From Thermotogota bacterium (GTDB lineage Bacteria > Thermotogota > Thermotogae > Petrotogales > Petrotogaceae): a stretch of DNA of 17,194 bases. This document shows positions 17,066-17,194 of the stretch, piece by piece (positions within the stretch are counted from its first letter, which is position 1; every line of letters begins with the position of its first letter). The notes under the pieces were generated by a model, which was not told the DNA's origin, did not search any database, and saw only the letters and a list, made by a program, of their open reading frames with translations. The stretch covers positions 1 through 17,194 of the forward strand of contig JBNJGY010000019.1 of the NCBI GenBank assembly GCA_051748045.1. The letters run 5' to 3'. Both the position numbers and the translations under genes were made by a program.

Positions 17066-17194
17066 CAGAATCCCTCCTAAAAATGTTTCAATATATTATA
17101 TAATATTGTATATCAAAAATAAAATTAATGGTATAATTTTAATATAAAAATGATTAATGAATTTTTTATTTATATTTAAAGTAGGGGTGCCCCT

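Overview
AT-rich bacterial chromosomal window. The RBS style, the XylA/XylR sequences and a solute-binding protein without a lipobox suggest Thermotogota, possibly Petrotogales (inference). Left to right: a gpx-ohrR peroxide-defence pair (ohrR truncated by the window edge and missed by the ORF track) with a sigma70 promoter and an OhrR-type operator; a class I SAM methyltransferase; an AAA_14/DUF4143-type ATPase bracketed by two near-identical 46-bp palindromic direct repeats; a stand-alone DEDDh exonuclease; an 8-gene, putatively XylR-controlled operon (Gfo/Idh/MocA oxidoreductase, TIM-barrel isomerase-like protein, CUT2 ABC transporter, xylA, xylR, xylB) with two operator-like boxes; and guanine deaminase. 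On the minus strand is a compact rmlB-like - earP - efp cluster encoding an Arg32-type EF-P, a short divergent EarP-like glycosyltransferase and an overlapping NDP-glucose 4,6-dehydratase, with no rmlA/C/D in the window. The most interesting items are the rmlB-earP-efp module, the repeat-bounded ATPase cassette and the redox/TIM-barrel pair heading the xylose operon.
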